Source of the DNA: an uncultured Thermotogaceae bacterium
GTDB taxonomy: Bacteria; Thermotogota; Thermotogae; MWEM01
Assembly: GCA_964580185.1 (NCBI GenBank)
Contig: CAZOJQ010000008.1
Span: 2,426 to 66,425 of the forward strand
Reading direction: 5' to 3'
Length of the DNA: 64,000 nucleotides
Shown: piece by piece, positions 1 to 9,460 of the stretch
How positions within the stretch are numbered: position 1 is the stretch's first letter
Layout of the letters: every line of letters begins with the position of its first letter
Notes under the pieces: model-generated
Databases searched by the model: none
What the model was told of the DNA's origin: nothing
The model's input: only the letters and a program-made list of their open reading frames with translations
Position numbers and translations under genes: made by a program

Positions 1-738
1 GGGAAGAGCACGGTACAGAATATCCTTTCGCGGTTGCTTCCCATACAGTCTGGCGATGTGATGATCGAGGGGGTTCCGATTCGGGCGATGAAGCAAACCT
101 ACTATGAAGAGATCGGCGTATCTTTTGAATTGCCCAATCTGTATGAGAAACTCACGGGTTATGAGAACTTGGCTTTCTTTGGGAGGCTTTTCAAGAAGAA
201 TACAATCGATCCAGATACGCTCTTGCGCATGGTGGGGTTGGAGAATGCGAGAAACAAAAAGACCAAGGAGTATTCCAAAGGGATGAAGCATCGATTGGTC
301 TTCGCCCGATCTCTGATCAACAGGCCCAAGATTCTGTTCTTGGATGAACCGACCTCTGGCTTGGACCCATCCACCGCCCAGGAGATCAAAACCATCATCC
401 GCGAGCAGCGTGATCAAGGGACAACGATTTTTTTGACCACCCACAACATGTTTACCGCCGAAGAGCTGTGCGACCATGTTGCTTTTTTGTATGAGGGAGC
501 GATCGTTGCCATGGACACACCGAAAAACTTGAAACTGCAGTATGGAACACAATCTGTGCAGATCGAGTATCGAGAAAAGGATCAAGCCCAGAGGGCGATT
601 TTCTTCATGGATCGACCGGAAGAAAAAAAGCGCCTGTCCGACTTGGTCGCGCAATACCCGGTCATTACGCTTCATTCTCAGGAGGCTACATTGGAACAGA
701 TCTTCATCAAGCTCACGGGAAAGGAGTTGCAGGTATGA
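1..738 (+). CDS. ABC transporter ATP-binding protein (5' end truncated by window edge)
   Basis: Reading frame is open from nt 1 with Walker A (GKST) at the very start. ABC signature-like SKGMKHRL and Walker B ILFLDEPTSGLD follow downstream. Stop overlaps the next gene's start. Confidence 0.8.
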   Translation, partial: GKSTVQNILSRLLPIQSGDVMIEGVPIRAMKQTYYEEIGVSFELPNLYEKLTGYENLAFFGRLFKKNTIDPDTLLRMVGLENARNKKTKEYSKGMKHRLVFARSLINRPKILFLDEPTSGLDPSTAQEIKTIIREQRDQGTTIFLTTHNMFTAEELCDHVAFLYEGAIVAMDTPKNLKLQYGTQSVQIEYREKDQAQRAIFFMDRPEEKKRLSDLVAQYPVITLHSQEATLEQIFIKLTGKELQV

Positions 739-1772
739 GGCGTTTTCTTGCGGTCCTATGGGCAAATGTGCGTTTGGATACGAAAACCGCTTGGCGGAAT
801 GGTTTTTTCGCCATTACGATCGCTTTGGTTGCTGCCTATGCCGCCGCGGTGAATTGGTTGATCCCTCCTTCGTTCGAGGCGGAAAGACCGACCATAGGGT
901 TTGTGGATCGCACGGATGATCAGCGATGGAAATCATTCTTGGCCCTGCAAGAACACGGGTTCCAGTTGTATTCTGACCGGTCCCTTCTCGAACAAGAAGC
1001 GCGGGATCATGGGATCATAGGCGTGGTAGCATACGAAAAAGAAATCATCTTGATTGCTCAAGGGTATGAACAGCCGAAAACCGTCACAGCGATCGAAGAG
1101 TTCCTTCGGTTTTCGGATCAGATGATCCAAAAGGTTATCATTCCTCCAATGATCTCTACCGAGAACCTCCATCCGCACGCGGTTTCTTTGCCGATGAACC
1201 TCCGATTCATTCCTGTTTTGCTGGCTACCGATGTTATGCTCATCGCGTTTTTTCTCATATCGGCCATGCTGTTCAACGAAAAGAAGGAACGGAGCCTATT
1301 TGCTTACCGCGTTTCGCCTGGGGGCACATATGCCTACATTCTTTCGAAGGTTTTGGTCAATGTAGGAAACTGCCTTCTCTTTTCTCTGTTATTTCTGATC
1401 GCCACGAATCAATGGCGTATCGATCTATGGCCCTTTATCCTTATGGTTGCGCTTTCCTCCGGTTTGATGTCCTTTCTCGGATTGCTTCTGGCCCAGTTTT
1501 ACGATTCGCTGATGGATTTTCTGTATATCATCCTTGGGGTCACGCTGATTGCTTTATTGCCGGCAATTCCGTATTTCAATCCGTCGATTGGTGCCCCTGT
1601 ATTCCAGTGGATTCCTTCATATCCCGTTTTCTTTGGCGTTCATCGATTGCTGGAGGGAGCGAGCGGCATTCCTTGGCAAATGTTTATGCCCGCGTTGGTT
1701 CTGCTGGCCGTTCTGATCCCATTGACTGGGTGGTCGTTCGGAAAGACAACAATGAAAAGAAGCGGATTATGA
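735..1772 (+). CDS. ABC-2 type transporter permease
   Basis: Hydrophobic multi-TM protein immediately downstream of the ATPase with a 4-nt overlap. Typical ABC-2 exporter layout. Confidence 0.6.
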   Translation: MRRFLAVLWANVRLDTKTAWRNGFFAITIALVAAYAAAVNWLIPPSFEAERPTIGFVDRTDDQRWKSFLALQEHGFQLYSDRSLLEQEARDHGIIGVVAYEKEIILIAQGYEQPKTVTAIEEFLRFSDQMIQKVIIPPMISTENLHPHAVSLPMNLRFIPVLLATDVMLIAFFLISAMLFNEKKERSLFAYRVSPGGTYAYILSKVLVNVGNCLLFSLLFLIATNQWRIDLWPFILMVALSSGLMSFLGLLLAQFYDSLMDFLYIILGVTLIALLPAIPYFNPSIGAPVFQWIPSYPVFFGVHRLLEGASGIPWQMFMPALVLLAVLIPLTGWSFGKTTMKRSGL

Positions 1773-1785
1773 GCTTCTTTAGGAG

Positions 1786-2793
1786 ATGATGAACATGAGT
1801 CGACTGTTTGCGTTGGCCGGGAAAGATATTCGCAACGGGTTTCGAAACCAAATCATTCTATATATGTTTTTTTCTCCGATCATCATGATCCTTGCCTTTC
1901 AGATGGTGATCCCCCTCTTGGAGGGTACGGAAGTGCGGTTTGTTGTTGATCCTTCCGTGCCCACAGGCTTTGAAGATCGCTTGAGGCAGACAAGCCAGGT
2001 GGAACGCGTTTCTTCCTACGAAGAATTGACAGATTGGGTCAACCAGTCTTCGGGTTGGATCGGGGTTTTGCGCAAGGAATCATCCTATGCGTTGGTCTTT
2101 TATGGTACCGAAGAAGAGGAGATCCGGAAAGCCGCAGTTCAAATGACGATGATCGCGGCATCGGATTTGAGTGACTCCGTTCCTGTTTCGGTCCACTCGA
2201 TGGGGGTGGAACAATCTCAGCTGTACACCTTTTTGACGGCTGTTTTGATTTTGCTGATCGGAATGTGGGCAGGGATTTCGATGGGCCTAACGGTTGTCGA
2301 TGACAAAGAGAGCGGTATGATTCGAGCGCAAGGAGTGAGTCCTATCACCATCGGTCATTATTGGGTATCGAAGATCCTGATCGTTGTGGTGTACAATCTC
2401 TTGTATGGAGTGATCGTATCCTTGGCGATGCTTGGAACGTCATTCCCCGGAGAGCGGGTGCTCATGGTTGTTTTGGCTTCCAGCGCCTTGGGGGTGTTCA
2501 TGGGAATGATCATCGGGGTGTTTGCTGACAATCAGAATACGGCGATCGCGATCATCAAAGTCGTGGCCTTTCTTTTGGGCTTCGTTCCGTTGCTTTCCAT
2601 GTTTTTCGATTCCAATTGGGAGTGGGTGTTTTACCCGATCCCAAGCTTTTGGGTGTTCCGATCGGTCTCTGGTATAGTGTCGGGCACGGGAGCGTATGGT
2701 TGGCATTTTGTCTTGGCCATTCTGACGAATGTCGGGGCTTTTGTGTTGATGATGCCGTTGATGATCAAAAAACTGAGGCTGCGAATCCATTGA
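1786..2793 (+). CDS. ABC-2 type transporter permease (second membrane subunit)
   Basis: Second multi-TM protein in the same operon. No soluble domains recognised. Confidence 0.6.
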   Translation: MMNMSRLFALAGKDIRNGFRNQIILYMFFSPIIMILAFQMVIPLLEGTEVRFVVDPSVPTGFEDRLRQTSQVERVSSYEELTDWVNQSSGWIGVLRKESSYALVFYGTEEEEIRKAAVQMTMIAASDLSDSVPVSVHSMGVEQSQLYTFLTAVLILLIGMWAGISMGLTVVDDKESGMIRAQGVSPITIGHYWVSKILIVVVYNLLYGVIVSLAMLGTSFPGERVLMVVLASSALGVFMGMIIGVFADNQNTAIAIIKVVAFLLGFVPLLSMFFDSNWEWVFYPIPSFWVFRSVSGIVSGTGAYGWHFVLAILTNVGAFVLMMPLMIKKLRLRIH

Positions 2794-2882
2794 AACCCTT
2801 TAGATGGATTGACAAAACAGGGAGTATTGGGGTATGATTATGCGGGTTCAGAGGAAAGCAATAGGGGATTTCGAGGTGAAAA

Positions 2883-3488
2883 ATGCTTCGCAAGGGATTT
2901 GAACGAGAAGAGGACGTTGTTCGCTCAGCGCTTTCGGAATTTGCGGAGAAAGGATATGAGAAAGCGTCGATCAATACGATTATCAAAGAATCGGGGATTA
3001 GCAAAGGTACCTTTTATTACCACTTTTTGGGCAAAGAAGAATTGTTTCTCTATCTTGTTCAAAAAGCGGGGGATCTGAAGGTGGAATGGTTGCAAACCCA
3101 TATTCCAAAAGACAGACAGGAACCATGGACGCTTTTCGAATCTCTGAGAGTCCATATGAATATGATGGTCGGGTTTATGAAGCAATATCCTGAATATGTT
3201 GAGTTTAGTTTCAGCACAATCCTGAATGCAAGTCCAGAACTGATGGAAAAAGCGCTTCGAGACATGGAACCCAAGCTGAGAGATTTTTTTGTGCCCTTGA
3301 TCGATCGGGAGTATAGCCTAAACAGGTTCGCGCCTTGTTTTGATCGGGATTTCGTTGAAACCATTATCTTGTACCTCTTTCGAAACGCTTGGTCGATGCT
3401 CAAAGAGTACAGAGAACAAACGATCGACGTGCTCATGCATCGGGTGGACCAGCTGATCACCTTTATCGAACGAGGATTGTCGAGGTAG
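2883..3488 (+). CDS. TetR/AcrR family transcriptional regulator
   Basis: N-terminal TetR HTH (EKGYEKASINTIIKESGISKGTFYYHF) in a ~200-aa protein. Confidence 0.8.
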   Translation: MLRKGFEREEDVVRSALSEFAEKGYEKASINTIIKESGISKGTFYYHFLGKEELFLYLVQKAGDLKVEWLQTHIPKDRQEPWTLFESLRVHMNMMVGFMKQYPEYVEFSFSTILNASPELMEKALRDMEPKLRDFFVPLIDREYSLNRFAPCFDRDFVETIILYLFRNAWSMLKEYREQTIDVLMHRVDQLITFIERGLSR

Positions 3489-3503
3489 GGGGAGGAGAGG
3501 AAG

Positions 3504-4700
3504 ATGAACCATATTTTCTGGACCCTGCATCCGGTGCGTATCCCCGATGCGGTCCGAGCAAAAAAAGAGTATGTGTACGATTCAAATGGTACGGAATTCG
3601 TCGATCTCGAATCAGGAGTTTGGTGTACCTCGGTCGGACACAATCATCCGAGGATTTGCCAAGTGATTCAAAAGCAGTCCGAGCAGCTCATGCATACCGG
3701 ATATATCTACGCGCATCGGGTAATTGAGGAAAGCGCCATCGAGTTGCTGGAGACGATGGGCTTGGATGATGGGAAAGGGGTTTTTTTGTGTTCGGGAAGC
3801 GAAGCCATCGAATTTGGCGTTCGTTTTGCCCAAAAGATTATGGATCGCCCGCTCATTCTATCGATGAGCGATTCGTACTATGGAGCGTATGGATCGGCAA
3901 CGACGAGAGATTCCCATACCTGGACCACTTTTGATTGGTTGGAACGCTGCCGAAACTGCCCCAAGGCCGAAACCTGTGATCGCGATTGCGCGCAGTTGAA
4001 AACTATTCCCTTCGATCGGCTCGGAGGGTTTTTGTTCGAGCCGGGGAGCTCTTCGGGATTTGTGCGGTTTCCTCCGAAGGGCCTGATCCGGTTGATCAGC
4101 CAAACCATCCAATCGGAGGGTGGCTTGGTGCTTGTCAATGAGATCACGACGGGGATCGGCCGAACTGGTAAATGGTATGGTTTTGAACATTATGGCATCC
4201 AACCCGATATTGTGGCAATTGGAAAAGGAATCGGAAATGGCTACCCGGTCAGTTTTACCGGGATTTCTCAACAATGTGTGGGTCGCTGGGAAGGCAAGTC
4301 TTTCCCATACGCGCAATCGCATCAGTATGATCCTTTGGGCGCGCGCGTGGCTCTGGAGGTTGTTCGCGTTATCAAGGAAGAGGGCTTGATCGATCGCGCC
4401 CACAATGAAGGTCGTTTTTTGAAAAGCGCCTTAGAAGGGCTTAAGATACGGTATCCAGTGATCCATGCCTCGCGAGGGAGAGGATTGATGGTGGCGATTG
4501 ATTTGGATCGAGCGCAAAGCATCTTTGAAGGATTGCTCGCTAACCGGTTCATCCTTTCGTTGCGTTCTGGAGGGAAAACGCTTCGATTGGATCCTTGTTT
4601 GAATGTTGACCACCAAACACTGGAACGGTTTCTTTCCTGCCTGGAATCTCTGTTGAAATCGGTGGACAAGATTGATAAACCGATTTCTTTCCAATCGTGA
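3504..4700 (+). CDS. Class III PLP-dependent aminotransferase (GSA-aminomutase-like)
   Basis: Fold-type I class III motifs, including the candidate PLP-lysine in DIVAIGKGIGNGYP and a GIGRTG loop. Length 398 aa. Confidence 0.7.
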   Translation: MNHIFWTLHPVRIPDAVRAKKEYVYDSNGTEFVDLESGVWCTSVGHNHPRICQVIQKQSEQLMHTGYIYAHRVIEESAIELLETMGLDDGKGVFLCSGSEAIEFGVRFAQKIMDRPLILSMSDSYYGAYGSATTRDSHTWTTFDWLERCRNCPKAETCDRDCAQLKTIPFDRLGGFLFEPGSSSGFVRFPPKGLIRLISQTIQSEGGLVLVNEITTGIGRTGKWYGFEHYGIQPDIVAIGKGIGNGYPVSFTGISQQCVGRWEGKSFPYAQSHQYDPLGARVALEVVRVIKEEGLIDRAHNEGRFLKSALEGLKIRYPVIHASRGRGLMVAIDLDRAQSIFEGLLANRFILSLRSGGKTLRLDPCLNVDHQTLERFLSCLESLLKSVDKIDKPISFQS

Positions 4701-4716
4701 AAACTGGGAGGTTCGT

Positions 4717-5427
4717 ATGACCCATCTTCTTGAGCGGATCCATAGACAATTTGACGATTTGAGGAGCGCACAATCATTGAACACCAAAACGGTCCGCTCC
4801 TTCAGCGCGGAGTTGTTCCGGACCCTTAATGTTCCAAGCCTCGAAACGGTCTTTCCTTTTTGCGAGGTATTGCTGAAAGAAAAGAGATGGCCTTACAACA
4901 CGATTGCCTTTGATTGGGCCCACCGGATGAGGAACCAATATCAAAAGGAAACTTTTTTCCTTTTTGAGCGGTGGTTGAGGGAGTATGTCTCCGATTGGGG
5001 GGACTGCGACGACTTCTGCACACACGCTTTGGGGGAATTGGTGATGCAACAAACCGATTCGTTCCCGAAAATATTGGAGTGGACCCATTCCCCTCTGTTC
5101 CCGGTTCGAAGGGCATCGGCCGTCACGCTCATCCTGCCCATCCGCAGAAACCGATATCATCACACCAACCCTTTGCGGATCGCTGAACGATTGATGAATG
5201 ATGCGCACTATCTGGTGGTAAAAGGATATGGATGGATGCTCAAAGTCTTGGCGGAACAGGATCTTGACGCTGTGATCGGCTTTATCCAAACCCATAAAAC
5301 CCATATGCCCCGTCTTTCGTTGCGGTATGCCATCGAAAAGATGGACCCTTCAATCCGATCAATGCTTATGCAAAAGGAACGGAGGAAAAGGCCCTCTACC
5401 TGCGAGAATGATGAGGGTTTCGAATGA
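4717..5427 (+). CDS. DNA alkylation repair enzyme, AlkC/AlkD HEAT-like-repeat glycosylase family
   Basis: Three recalled family motifs are present: DWGDCD (DNWDLVD-like), a W..RR block (FPVRRASAV) and a GYGWMLK block (AVGWVLRE-like). Start placed at the ATG after a GGGAGG RBS at 4703-4708; the ORF-track start at 4672 lacks an RBS. Confidence 0.55.
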   Translation: MTHLLERIHRQFDDLRSAQSLNTKTVRSFSAELFRTLNVPSLETVFPFCEVLLKEKRWPYNTIAFDWAHRMRNQYQKETFFLFERWLREYVSDWGDCDDFCTHALGELVMQQTDSFPKILEWTHSPLFPVRRASAVTLILPIRRNRYHHTNPLRIAERLMNDAHYLVVKGYGWMLKVLAEQDLDAVIGFIQTHKTHMPRLSLRYAIEKMDPSIRSMLMQKERRKRPSTCENDEGFE

Positions 5428-5888
5428 GAGAAGACCAAACGGTTGCGTTTTTTCCTGCTACGAGTGAGGATATCGATGATTTTCTATTCCTGATGAAGAA
5501 AGAAGCAGCTGAGTACCTCGAAAAAACTCTAGAAATTATGGGCGTTTCATGGGACCAGTTCGCTGGATTGGTCCGTAAGACAGGAGTGGTTCAGCGGATA
5601 ACGGTTCAGGGCAGAAAGGCGGGATACTTTTGGACTGAAGAACGGGATCAGATCCTCCATCTACACGGGCTTGTCCTCCATTCAGAGTTTCAAGGCCAAG
5701 GGATCGGAAGCTTCGTATTCCGTCATATATGTAATCAGTATCGCGGACGAATGGATGCCATCGAACTGGGGGTTCACCAATCCAACGAAAAGGCCATCGC
5801 AATATACAAGCGATGGGGTTTTCATCTGACGAGCTCTATGGAGGAGTATGGTTTTTTGATTCTCCAGTATCCCCTTTCGGAAATGTGA
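5424..5888 (+). CDS. GNAT family N-acetyltransferase
   Basis: ~150-aa protein with a GNAT motif A-like QGQGIGSFVF..AIELGV..N..AI..Y...GF. 4-nt overlap with the upstream gene. Confidence 0.65.
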   Translation: MREDQTVAFFPATSEDIDDFLFLMKKEAAEYLEKTLEIMGVSWDQFAGLVRKTGVVQRITVQGRKAGYFWTEERDQILHLHGLVLHSEFQGQGIGSFVFRHICNQYRGRMDAIELGVHQSNEKAIAIYKRWGFHLTSSMEEYGFLILQYPLSEM

Positions 5889-5986
5889 AATTTCTTCTGA
5901 AACCAATCGTAACTTTCTTGCGTAGCGATTCAACCATTCCCATTCTGAGAGTACCGTAGCAGTCCCCCGGAAGATTCGGAATAAAA

Positions 5987-5997
5987 TGTGCTATACT
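5987..5997 (+). promoter_or_regulatory. Putative extended -10 promoter element (TGTGCTATACT) upstream of the oxidoreductase gene
   Basis: TGnTATACT about 50 nt upstream of the ATG at 6050. No clear -35. Confidence 0.35.
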
Positions 5998-6049
5998 ATC
6001 AGAGAATTTTGGGGGTTCGATTGCTTACAACCCAGAAAGGGGCATAGAT

Positions 6050-7567
6050 ATGGCGCAAAAAAAGGTCTTGATTATCGGAGCGGGGATTGCTGGGTTATCG
6101 GCCGGTTCTTATCTGCAACGAAATGGATATGATACGGAGATATTTGAAGCGCATTCCATTCCGGGGGGGCTTTGCACCGCCTGGAAACGGGGCGATTATA
6201 CAATCGATTACTGCATTCATTGGTTGATGGGCACCAAACCCAATACGGGGTTTGATGTCGTTTGGGACGAATTGGGCGCATTCGAGAACGAGGACGGAAG
6301 CCGCTCGGAAATCGTCAACCCAGAGACCTTTTCCCAAATGGAGTTTGTGGATGGTTCGGTGGTGCGGTTGTTTTCGAACGCGGATCGCTTGAAAGAAGAG
6401 CTTTTAAGAGTTGCGCCCGAAGACCGAAAGATGATCGAACAGCTCGCAAAAGATTTGAAAAGCATGAGCCGGTACCAAATCACTACCGATCCAGAGAATC
6501 ACAGCCCCATTCACTCCGCAAGGGTCCTCTTAGGGAATCTATCGATTATGCGCCGGTTTTTGAGACACGCGAGAACGCCCATGAAAGTGTATGCCGATCA
6601 ATTCCGTAATCCGATCATGAAGAAGGTGTTGGTTGGCGTAATTCCACCCGACTGGTCTGTTATGTCATTGACCATGGGGCTTGGTATGCAGCATCGTCAA
6701 GCAGCCGGGTACCCTGTGGGAGGCTCTCTTACCTTTGCTCGGAATATTGAACGGAAATATCGGTCTTTGGGAGGGAACGTCCATTACCGCCATCCTGTGG
6801 AGAAAATTCTAGTAAAAAAAGGGAAAGCCGTTGGCATTCGTCTTTCTTCCGGGGATGAAGTGATGGGGGACGAAATTGTATCAGCAGCAGATGGACATTC
6901 AACTTTGTTCGAGATGCTCGAAGGGCATCATCTGACCGACAGCATAAGGAAGGCGTATGAAACTTTTCCATTGTTCCCTTCTTCCGTTTTCTTTGGGTTT
7001 GGAATCGCTCGGGATCTGTCTAGCGAACCACACAATCTGATTCTTGAACTGGATAAACCTTTTCCCTTGCCAGATGGTTCTACCCAAGACTTGCTGGCAA
7101 TCACGTTTCGGCATTACGACCCCACACTGGCCCCAAAAGGGAAAACTTCCGCACAAGTGATTTTTAATACATGGCGTGACCAATACTGGCGGGACTTGGC
7201 CCGCTCCGACCGGAAAGGGTATGAGCAAGTGAAAGTGCAGTTGAAAAACCAGGTTGTGGAGTTGATGGAGAAACGATTTCCGGGGATTGGTTCGGATATC
7301 GAGGTGTCAGACGTATCAACCCCACACACCGTACAACGGTATACCCGGAATTGGCATGGGAGCTACGAAGGGTTCGGACCCACGCCACAGAGCGTGATAG
7401 CCCGGTTGCCCAATACATTGCCTTCTTTGCAGAGCTTTTCGATGATTGGGCAATGGACAACCCCTGGCGGAGGGTTGCCTCCTGCCGGTCTGGACGGCCG
7501 GAATCTTGCGCGACGGTTCTGCCGACAGGATCGAGTCCCTTTTTCGGGAACGGGTGTCCATCGCTGA
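6050..7567 (+). CDS. NAD(P)/FAD-dependent oxidoreductase, phytoene desaturase/amine oxidase (CrtI-like) family
   Basis: N-terminal Rossmann dinucleotide motif VLIIGAGIAGLSAG...E...GG. 505 aa, typical of CrtI-like flavoproteins. Confidence 0.65.
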   Translation: MAQKKVLIIGAGIAGLSAGSYLQRNGYDTEIFEAHSIPGGLCTAWKRGDYTIDYCIHWLMGTKPNTGFDVVWDELGAFENEDGSRSEIVNPETFSQMEFVDGSVVRLFSNADRLKEELLRVAPEDRKMIEQLAKDLKSMSRYQITTDPENHSPIHSARVLLGNLSIMRRFLRHARTPMKVYADQFRNPIMKKVLVGVIPPDWSVMSLTMGLGMQHRQAAGYPVGGSLTFARNIERKYRSLGGNVHYRHPVEKILVKKGKAVGIRLSSGDEVMGDEIVSAADGHSTLFEMLEGHHLTDSIRKAYETFPLFPSSVFFGFGIARDLSSEPHNLILELDKPFPLPDGSTQDLLAITFRHYDPTLAPKGKTSAQVIFNTWRDQYWRDLARSDRKGYEQVKVQLKNQVVELMEKRFPGIGSDIEVSDVSTPHTVQRYTRNWHGSYEGFGPTPQSVIARLPNTLPSLQSFSMIGQWTTPGGGLPPAGLDGRNLARRFCRQDRVPFSGTGVHR

Positions 7568-7601
7568 GCATAAGCGGGCTGTTGAATCGGGGCTTGATAG
7601 A

Positions 7602-9293
7602 TCACGATCCAAGATCCTGTTCCAAACGCATGGATTGGGCAAACCGTTCCATGAATCGGGGATCGTTGTGGAGTGGGATATGCGTGAACTGTTTCTGGAA
7701 GGCATAAACAGAATCGAGCAGGTGGGGGTTCAAAAGGGCTTTTGCTAACCCTTCGCACGCAGCGTTTTCCTCTGCTTTCACCTTATGGGAAGGGATCGAT
7801 GGGATTAGGCCGATTTTCTGTATGGCTTGAACATCTAGGTGAGTGCCAAAATGACCCGCAAGGTAGATTTGATCCAAATCGGTGGATGGGATTCCTATTC
7901 GTTCCAGCAAAGTATCAACCCCGGCACGAATGGCTCCTTTGGCAAGCTGCACTTGTCGGATGTCTTTTTGGGTAAGCAGGATGGGTCGATCACTGGGTAT
8001 TTCGTTCAGCACAATGGACCGATCGCCATCGCTGTAGGCCAATCGATTATGGATTCTCCCGTTTGGGAGGATCAAGCCGCTGTCGATGAGAAGGGCGATC
8101 CACTGAATCAGGGCCGATCCGCAGATGCCTTTCGGATGGCCATTACCGATTACTGTGTATCGGACCTTCCCATTCGAATCCTTCCACAACCGATCAACAG
8201 CTCCCGGAAGCGCGAGCATCCCATGCGTTATGTTCATCCCTTCAAACGCTGGTCCTGCTGCTGTGGAACAGCAAAACACTTGATGATCCTTGACCAACAC
8301 AATTTCCCCGTTTGTTCCGATATCGATGAGCATTCGAGCTCCTGATCGCGAGAGGCCCGGGAGGTGCAGTCCGCAATGGATGCATGCGGCGAGAATGTCC
8401 GATCCCACAAACCCAGCGATATTGGGTAGAAAGTGGACCGTAGTCTGCGGGTCTACCTGATTCAACCCAACTTCCGCGGCTTTTTTTTCGGGCGTTGAAA
8501 TCACACGCGGTTCAAAGGGCATCTGCCCCAAGGAGCGGGTAGAAATCCCCCAAAAGAGATGATGCATGCCTGTGTTCCCTACCAGACCAAGTGTATGTAC
8601 TTGGTTGGGTAAGATTCTTTCACGGAGGAGCAGCGTTTGGACCATCTGATCGATAGCGGACTGGATCTGCTTCTGAAGAGTATCCATTCCTTCTGGCTGA
8701 TTCGCGTAAGAAATCCGGGTGATCAAGTCTGCGCCATACAAGGTTTGCGGATTCTTTCGGCGCATCGATTGGGCCACACCGCTGTCTGGTCGCAAAAGAT
8801 ACGCAGTCAGAGTTGTGGTGCCAATATCGACTGCGATGGAATATGAGGCTTTCTTTGGGTCTGTGTTTGAACGATTTGGCGAAAAGGGAGCGGTAGGAGA
8901 TAAGGGTTCCTCGGATTCAATAGAAAGGTGAGGGGCCAAAACGACAATCGCTTCTCCTTCGATTCGGGCCAAGCAAGCCAACCGATGATCATTAGAAAGG
9001 CCGCGGGAACGAAGCACTTCCGATTCTCGCTCGGATTGCTTAGACAAGTCTCCAGAGGCTCGAACCACACAACCGCCACACGTGCCCTTTCCTCCGCAAG
9101 GAAAAGAATACGAAACCCCATGATCTCTCAGAATCTGCATCAATGTTTGTCCGATAGGAACGGAAATCTTGATCGACTGTCCGGTTGTTTCTATCTGAAT
9201 CCGGCATTTGATAGGCCATTCACCTGCTTTCTCGCATTGAACTACCCATGATGGAAAGGGTTTTCTCTGGGATAATTGTACCATGCTTTTCAT
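7602..9293 (-). CDS. ASKHA-domain protein with N-terminal plant-type [2Fe-2S] ferredoxin (RACo-like corrinoid activation protein, DUF4445 type)
   Basis: N-terminal ferredoxin with a CGGKGTCGGC cluster-binding loop, followed by an ASKHA phosphate-1 motif DIGTTTL. 563 aa. Confidence 0.6.
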   Translation of the reverse strand: MKSMVQLSQRKPFPSWVVQCEKAGEWPIKCRIQIETTGQSIKISVPIGQTLMQILRDHGVSYSFPCGGKGTCGGCVVRASGDLSKQSERESEVLRSRGLSNDHRLACLARIEGEAIVVLAPHLSIESEEPLSPTAPFSPNRSNTDPKKASYSIAVDIGTTTLTAYLLRPDSGVAQSMRRKNPQTLYGADLITRISYANQPEGMDTLQKQIQSAIDQMVQTLLLRERILPNQVHTLGLVGNTGMHHLFWGISTRSLGQMPFEPRVISTPEKKAAEVGLNQVDPQTTVHFLPNIAGFVGSDILAACIHCGLHLPGLSRSGARMLIDIGTNGEIVLVKDHQVFCCSTAAGPAFEGMNITHGMLALPGAVDRLWKDSNGKVRYTVIGNGHPKGICGSALIQWIALLIDSGLILPNGRIHNRLAYSDGDRSIVLNEIPSDRPILLTQKDIRQVQLAKGAIRAGVDTLLERIGIPSTDLDQIYLAGHFGTHLDVQAIQKIGLIPSIPSHKVKAEENAACEGLAKALLNPHLLDSVYAFQKQFTHIPLHNDPRFMERFAQSMRLEQDLGS

Positions 9294-9460
9294 TGGGAAA
9301 CCAGGGTTTGAGCATAAACGGTTTTACCGCTCAAGTATGCGAAAAAAGGGAGAAAATTTGGTGATAGGTCTGATTTGTGATATACTTCGCAAGGGATTAT
9401 TGACCCGATTATCGATTAGATCAAACCAGAACGTTATATGCTCGAAAGGGGGTATGGATT

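Noticed and set aside
2440-3643. Minus-strand ORFs 2440-2790 and 3059-3643 overlapping the permease/TetR/aminotransferase genes
   Set aside because: They are His/Arg/Ser-rich, lack an RBS, and are fully antisense to genes with clear family motifs. Spurious.
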